Positions 59,421 through 64,000 of a DNA stretch of 64,000 nt are shown piece after piece. The DNA is from a virus (Duplodnaviria; Caudoviricetes). The notes beneath the pieces are model-generated. The model worked only from the letters and a program-made list of their open reading frames with translations, had not been told where the DNA came from and ran no database searches. Both the position numbers and the translations under genes were made by a program. The stretch's first letter is position 1. Each line of letters begins with the position of its first letter. Where the stretch lies: positions 17,465-81,464 of the IMG/VR virus record IMGVR_UViG_3300000756_000009, one strand, 5' to 3'.

Positions 59421-59494
59421 TTTAATACCATTGTTAATGAATAACCACCCTGTTCATCACCGGGATCTGATATTATAATAATTGTTTCTTCCAT
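59417..59494 (-). CDS. 25-aa micropeptide (not in ORF track)
   Basis: MEETIIIISDPGDEQGGYSLTMVLK, with a TAATG overlap upstream and an ATGA overlap downstream. Confidence 0.65.
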   Translation of the reverse strand: MEETIIIISDPGDEQGGYSLTMVLK

Positions 59495-59727
59495 TACTTA
59501 AATCTTAAAGCTGAACCAACATAAATAAATTCTTGTGAACATGCTTCACAAATAGCTTCTGTTTCATTTCTATGAAGTGTATTATTAAGACAATTAGGAC
59601 AAGGTGTATCTTTTAAATAAGTAAATTTCTCACAACTTTGTCTGGCCATATCTTCTAAATATGCATCATGATCACCTTTGTATTGATGTTCAATTATTTC
59701 CATAAAAACTTCTTTCATTTTTCCCAT
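59494..59727 (-). CDS. Zn-ribbon protein
   Basis: CPNC...CEAC. Confidence 0.75.
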   Translation of the reverse strand: MGKMKEVFMEIIEHQYKGDHDAYLEDMARQSCEKFTYLKDTPCPNCLNNTLHRNETEAICEACSQEFIYVGSALRFK

Positions 59728-59742
59728 ATCTTTTTTTTTATT

Positions 59743-60840
59743 TTATTTACTTAAAGGGTTGTAATATTTAACTTTCTTTGAATCAAAATCTTTTAAAGCT
59801 GTTTTTACCCATAATTCATCTTGAGTATCTTTATAACATAAAATATGGCATGTTGCTTTTTCAGTTGGATTTAACCTTAATAGTCTTCCAATTCTTTGAG
59901 CACTTTTTCTTTCATTGCCATACGCATGCATAATAATACCTTGTTTTAAATTAGGAATAGTAACACCTTCACTTAACTGTAATACACATGATAATTTATC
60001 AATTCTACCATCTGAGAATAGTTCTAGGTTTTCTTCATTTTTAGAGTTCCCAGAATGGTAGCTGTGTTTTGATAGTTTATCCGCTTGATTTTGAGTATTA
60101 GCAAAAATAATACATTTACTTCCTAAGTTAGGTAGCAATGATTTTACATAATCCTCTTTGGTTGTGTATTCCATTAAAGCTCTCATTCTCATGATTGCTG
60201 CAAGTTGTTTAGCTTTTATTGATTGAGCTTCACCACAACGTGCAGTAACATATTCATAATCTTTTCTTTCTGAAGTCCACCAAAAACCTCCTTGTTTTTT
60301 GGTTTTTTTTAATGTCAATAATTTTGACAGTTCTAATTCATGTACTACTATCTGATAATCATTTAGTATTTTTGAGTCAGTTGCTTCATCAATGGTAAAA
60401 GTGTATTTAATTGGACAGTACTTACTTACCATTTTTCCTTTTTCAGAATCATAGTATTTGGGTGGCGTACCAGTTAAACCTAATATCTTACCTTTAAAGT
60501 TAGATAAAAATTCAGAATGAGTTTCTAATAAATTGTGACATTCATCTAAATATACTACATCATACTCATTAGGATTTTGTTTTCCTATTGAAAGATATGT
60601 AGTGAAGGTTAAATGATCTGCTAAATCTTCTATACTAAGTTTCTGTAGTTCTGATAACCAAGATTCTTTAATAGATAATTTTGGTATAACTACCAATGCT
60701 TTTATAAAAGGGTTGTAACTTCTTTGGAAATGCTGAATTGCAATTCTTGTTTTACCTACACCCATACTTATTGCTAATCCACATCTTTTGTGGTTTAATG
60801 CAATCTTTAATGCATCTTCCTGTACTGATTGTCTACTCAT
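59743..60840 (-). CDS. Superfamily 2 (DExD/H) helicase
   Basis: MGVGKT, DECH, GLTGTP, LSEGVTIP and QRIGR motifs. Confidence 0.9.
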   Translation of the reverse strand: MSRQSVQEDALKIALNHKRCGLAISMGVGKTRIAIQHFQRSYNPFIKALVVIPKLSIKESWLSELQKLSIEDLADHLTFTTYLSIGKQNPNEYDVVYLDECHNLLETHSEFLSNFKGKILGLTGTPPKYYDSEKGKMVSKYCPIKYTFTIDEATDSKILNDYQIVVHELELSKLLTLKKTKKQGGFWWTSERKDYEYVTARCGEAQSIKAKQLAAIMRMRALMEYTTKEDYVKSLLPNLGSKCIIFANTQNQADKLSKHSYHSGNSKNEENLELFSDGRIDKLSCVLQLSEGVTIPNLKQGIIMHAYGNERKSAQRIGRLLRLNPTEKATCHILCYKDTQDELWVKTALKDFDSKKVKYYNPLSK

Positions 60841-61264
60841 TTGGTTTTTTTACATTTAATAGTATTTCATCCAATGAATGTTTAACATTACTTAATATTT
60901 CATCTTCAATTTCTTTAAAGGAATTATAAAGTTTATTGTCAAATTTCATTTTAAGGTTATAAAATTGTTTTCCGGTAAGAAAAATATCATATCCATAAAC
61001 ATGATTAACAATTTGTATTCTATGTGAATCAATGACTATAAAATAATCTCTGTATTTGATATACCTTTTTCCTGTAATGGGGCATAATGATAGAGTACAG
61101 TTCTCATTTTTAAGAACATTTAATGCTATAGATAATGCTTTTTTTTCATTAGGAGACAAATACATGTCTTTCATGTCAGGATTAGCTAAATTTTTTTTAT
61201 ACCAGATGTAACTTTTTAAATACAAACGTTTAAGTGTGTGTTTAATTGATTTTGGTAATTTCAT
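60833..61264 (-). CDS. Hypothetical protein
   Basis: 143-aa ORF overlapping the helicase start. Confidence 0.75.
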   Translation of the reverse strand: MKLPKSIKHTLKRLYLKSYIWYKKNLANPDMKDMYLSPNEKKALSIALNVLKNENCTLSLCPITGKRYIKYRDYFIVIDSHRIQIVNHVYGYDIFLTGKQFYNLKMKFDNKLYNSFKEIEDEILSNVKHSLDEILLNVKKPNE

Positions 61265-61286
61265 GGTTTTACTTTTTGTTGTTTGT

Positions 61287-61535
61287 TTATAATTTTTTTA
61301 TAAGTTCAATTAATTTTTGAATAATAATGCCTCTGTCAATTTCATCCTCTATAATAGGAATACATTTTTGTTCTTCACCAAACATATTAGCATCTTTATC
61401 ATAGATATAAGCTTCTAATACCAGTTTAAGAATTTCAATTTTAGATACAGTTATTTCATTATCAAGTCTTTTGTTTTCTTTTTCTAATGCTTCTTTTTCA
61501 ATAGAAGCTTTAGTTTTTTCAGCATGTTTTTCCAT
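61287..61535 (-). CDS. Hypothetical coiled-coil protein
   Basis: 82 aa, with a TATATTTA element about 22 nt upstream. Confidence 0.7.
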   Translation of the reverse strand: MEKHAEKTKASIEKEALEKENKRLDNEITVSKIEILKLVLEAYIYDKDANMFGEEQKCIPIIEDEIDRGIIIQKLIELIKKL

Positions 61536-61626
61536 ATTTAAGGTGTTTATCTACATGTAAATATACGTGAATCAAACCATTTTTCCCAAAAAAGTATCAT
61601 TTGCACCCATTTTTCATGGGATGCAC

Positions 61627-61773
61627 CTATTTTTCTTGAATTTCTTCAGTTTCTTCAATTACAAGGTATTTTGTACCATTTTCCAGTTTTTTAACTTGAC
61701 CTGTTTCCATAAGTATTTTTACAGTTTCAGGATCTAATATGTCAAATGTCTGTTTCATATATATGGTTTTCAT
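61627..61773 (-). CDS. Hypothetical 48-aa protein (not in ORF track)
   Basis: MKTIYMKQTFDILDPETVKILMETGQVKKLENGTKYLVIEETEEIQEK. Confidence 0.6.
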   Translation of the reverse strand: MKTIYMKQTFDILDPETVKILMETGQVKKLENGTKYLVIEETEEIQEK

Positions 61774-61777
61774 AAAT

Positions 61778-62164
61778 TTACATACCTTTTATAAGTTTAA
61801 ATATAGAATAACTTTCTTCTTCTGCCCAGGTAATAATCTCTTCTTCTTTGTTTATATCATAATTATGTATAAAAAAAGAGTGATGCATCATCTCATGCAT
61901 TATTAAACCCATTGTTTCAACATCATTACCACGTCTACTAAGATTGATAAAAACAAATCTTTGGTCATTTTCATCATATTCTCCAGATTCTTTTGGAACA
62001 AAATTTGCCCATCCCGCTATATAAGCACTGTCAAAATTATTATTATAACTTTGACATTTTGTAATAGATAAACCATGCATTTCTTTAACGTTGTAATAAG
62101 TAAATATATCACAAGGATTGTAACTTAATAAAAGTATATAACCTGCTCTAATTATTGTAACCAT
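61778..62164 (-). CDS. Small zincin-like metallopeptidase
   Basis: LIMHEMMH...EEEIITWAEE. Confidence 0.55.
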   Translation of the reverse strand: MVTIIRAGYILLLSYNPCDIFTYYNVKEMHGLSITKCQSYNNNFDSAYIAGWANFVPKESGEYDENDQRFVFINLSRRGNDVETMGLIMHEMMHHSFFIHNYDINKEEEIITWAEEESYSIFKLIKGM

Positions 62165-62238
62165 TTTTATTTGTTTTTAAAAGTTTCATATATGATAGTT
62201 TTCTGCATGAAGTTTTAGTAAAATTTCATGCACTTTTG

Positions 62239-62324
62239 TAGCTGGAGAGGGATTTGAACCCACACGGATATTTCTATCCAAAGGATTTTAAGTCCTTCAT
62301 GTCTACCTATTTCATCACCCAGCC
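62239..62324 (-). tRNA. trnL: tRNA-Leu(UAA)
   Basis: Folded by hand: acceptor GGCTGGG/TCCAGCT, anticodon arm AAGGA-CT TAA AA-TCCTT, long variable arm, and a GGTTCAAATCC T-loop. No encoded CCA. Confidence 0.92.
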
Positions 62325-62329
62325 AGATG

Positions 62330-62403
62330 TGATTCAATCAGGATTTGAACCTGAAACCTACGCCTTAGAAGGGCGTTGCTCTATCCAGTTGAGCTATTGA
62401 ACC
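62330..62403 (-). tRNA. trnR: tRNA-Arg(UCU)
   Basis: Acceptor GGTTCAA/TTGAATC, D-arm GCTC/GAGC, anticodon arm ACGCC-CT TCT AA-GGCGT, and T-arm TCAGG-TTCAAAT-CCTGA. No encoded CCA. Confidence 0.95.
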
Positions 62404-62409
62404 ATAATA

Positions 62410-62417
62410 CAAATATA
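62410..62417 (-). promoter_or_regulatory. Bacteroidota-type -7 element TATATTTG upstream of the tRNA pair
   Basis: Exact TAnnTTTG match 6 nt upstream of the tRNA-Arg 5' end. Confidence 0.6.
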
Positions 62418-62465
62418 AAGTTTAATTACATTGTACTGATGGTTTTAAGTTTAAATTCTTTTGGT

Positions 62466-62735
62466 TTAATATCTGCTATCTGAAAAACCTAATTCAACAG
62501 CATCAGTAGGATTAGTTTCTATCCAAGTATGACAATTTCTGCATACAGGTAGCCAAGTGGTTGTATCTAAGTGATACTTTCCTCTTCCTTTTTTGTGATG
62601 AACATCAGTTGCATGCAAAGAACACTTATGGATCTTTGCATGACAAACTGGATGTTTTGTTAAATAAACTTTGCGTATTTTAGAATACTCAGAGTTAGCC
62701 TTGGATAACTTGGCTGATACTTTTTTGATTGTCAT
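62466..62735 (-). CDS. HNH endonuclease-like protein
   Basis: C..KIHKC...ATDVHH.KGRG....TW..VCRNCH. Confidence 0.7.
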   Translation of the reverse strand: MTIKKVSAKLSKANSEYSKIRKVYLTKHPVCHAKIHKCSLHATDVHHKKGRGKYHLDTTTWLPVCRNCHTWIETNPTDAVELGFSDSRY

Positions 62736-63249
62736 TTGCTTTTAGTGTAAAGAAATTCTTTGGCAATAAACCTTTAGACATAAATCTTAAGATTACATCT
62801 TCATAACTAATACCTAAATCTTTTAATGACAGCGTGTTGTTGTAGTCCTCCAATATTTCATCTTCTGGTACAGAGATTATATACTCTGCTGTTGGTCCAT
62901 GAAATGTTGCGCGGAAGAAGTCATTAACTTTTTTGTTACAAATAATTTGTTTCCAGGCATTTATCTCTCTTTGAGATCTTCTCCATACTTTGGATATTCT
63001 TCTTTTTTTATCCCAGTGTAGAGTTTCAATTTCTTCTTTGCTATATACATTGAGGCCGTGTAATACTCTTTTAAACAAGAAGTGTTGATAGGAATTTAAC
63101 TTATTGTAACATAAGTTGTTAATGATTGACGGTGGATGCAATTGGTATTCTTCCAATAGTCCATAATACTGATACCGTGATTCACGGAGACTTATGATTC
63201 TTACTGATTCATTTGTCTGAAGCTGGTTTAATTGTTCTTGAGATAGCAT
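62695..63249 (-). CDS. Hypothetical protein
   Basis: 184-aa ORF. Confidence 0.75.
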   Translation of the reverse strand: MLSQEQLNQLQTNESVRIISLRESRYQYYGLLEEYQLHPPSIINNLCYNKLNSYQHFLFKRVLHGLNVYSKEEIETLHWDKKRRISKVWRRSQREINAWKQIICNKKVNDFFRATFHGPTAEYIISVPEDEILEDYNNTLSLKDLGISYEDVILRFMSKGLLPKNFFTLKANDNQKSISQVIQG

Positions 63250-63288
63250 ACATGTTTTGTTTGGTTTGAGGTTATAAATTTTTGTTAT

Positions 63289-63570
63289 TTAAATCTTTTT
63301 ATTTGATGTTTGTATTGTAACAGAACGTACAGATATTACTGAGGGAATGCTGATAAACTTTAAGGAGTCTACTAAGTGTGGTTGAGTTTTATCACCAAAT
63401 GCGCCTTTGGTCCACATTTTATAAATTATGCTGCCTATTTCATTGTCCAAAAAATACACATGCTTACCATCTGTTGTTTTTTTGGCTATAGGTGAAACTT
63501 GAATACAAATGTTGGTGGTTGAACAGCCAAACATTGTTACTAATGCTAATGCCATTATTATTTTTTTCAT
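63289..63570 (-). CDS. Small lipoprotein-like protein
   Basis: MKKIIMALALVTMFGC lipobox-like signal. Confidence 0.6.
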   Translation of the reverse strand: MKKIIMALALVTMFGCSTTNICIQVSPIAKKTTDGKHVYFLDNEIGSIIYKMWTKGAFGDKTQPHLVDSLKFISIPSVISVRSVTIQTSNKKI

Positions 63571-63682
63571 ACTGTAAAATTTTGATTGTGTAACGTTAGA
63601 TATATAAATAAAAAAGGCTAAAACAATTTTAGCTTTATTTAATTTCCTCTGAAGGAAAACCTTTTATATTTATACAGGAAAA

Positions 63683-64000
63683 TTAAAGTTCAAAAGTCTC
63701 TTCTTCTACAAGATCTAACTCTTCAACTTGATTGGTAGATTGAATATCATCCAATGATGCTACTTCTTCTTTTACATTAATACCAAATGCTTCTGCTGAT
63801 GTTGCTTTATCAACTTTAACTGATGTTTTTCTCAACATTGAGCCACCACCATTAGCATCCTTGATATCTTGACCATTGGTATGAGCAACTAACACATCTT
63901 CTGCAGTGTTATCACTTACATAAAATGTTTTCCTATAAATAGGTTGACCATCTTGACAACAGATAATACCTGTATCACCTGCATATTTGTAGTCTCTATC
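63683..64000 (-). CDS. Hypothetical protein, 5'-partial
   Basis: The frame is open from the window end (DRDYKYAGDTGIICCQDGQPIYRKTFY...EDVLVAHTN). Acidic C-terminal tail. Confidence 0.7.
   Translation of the reverse strand, partial: DRDYKYAGDTGIICCQDGQPIYRKTFYVSDNTAEDVLVAHTNGQDIKDANGGGSMLRKTSVKVDKATSAEAFGINVKEEVASLDDIQSTNQVEELDLVEEETFEL

Noticed and set aside
28544-62735. Shadow ORFs opposite the RNR, replication and AAA genes (e.g. 29529..29846, 43761..44033, 58241..58540)
   Set aside because: They are antisense to well-supported enzymes and have no independent start context.
1-64000. Stop-codon reassignment as seen in some crAss-like phages
   Set aside because: ORFs of up to 13.6 kb are open in the standard code, coding density is high, and neither tRNA is a suppressor.

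Overview
AT-rich 64-kb segment of a large lytic dsDNA phage related to crAss-like phages (Crassvirales-like), most likely infecting Bacteroidota. The host inference rests on TAnnTTTG-type promoter elements and A-rich starts without Shine-Dalgarno sites. It reads in the standard genetic code. Layout: (1) 1-27.4 kb, + strand: five large virion cargo/ejection proteins, including a 4532-aa protein with a phi14:2 gp66-type virion RNA polymerase active site (DFDID) and a zincin motif, and a 1926-aa protein with a PD-(D/E)xK nuclease. (2) 27.5-30.4 kb, - strand: class Ia ribonucleotide reductase nrdAB. (3) 30.5-38.2 kb, + strand: membrane/lysis-like genes, tiny basic proteins, tail-fibre-like proteins and a lipoprotein. 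(4) A ~400-bp non-coding hairpin array. (5) 38.6-64 kb, - strand: replication, recombination and nucleotide genes (PolB, primase, DnaB, SF2 helicase, Sak4-like ATPase, SSB-like protein, RusA-like resolvase, exonuclease, Ung, dNMP kinase, MazG-like protein), a MoxR-type AAA+/VWA-peptidase locus and two tRNAs. No capsid, portal, terminase, endolysin, integrase or CRISPR array is visible. The strongest unexplained signals are a canonical -1 frameshift site opening a hidden 55-aa extension, a recurrent (M/Y)-x-x-G-G motif in putative virion-internal proteins, and three proteins sharing a helical motif around the AAA+/VWA pair. All product calls come from motif recognition by eye; no database search was run.
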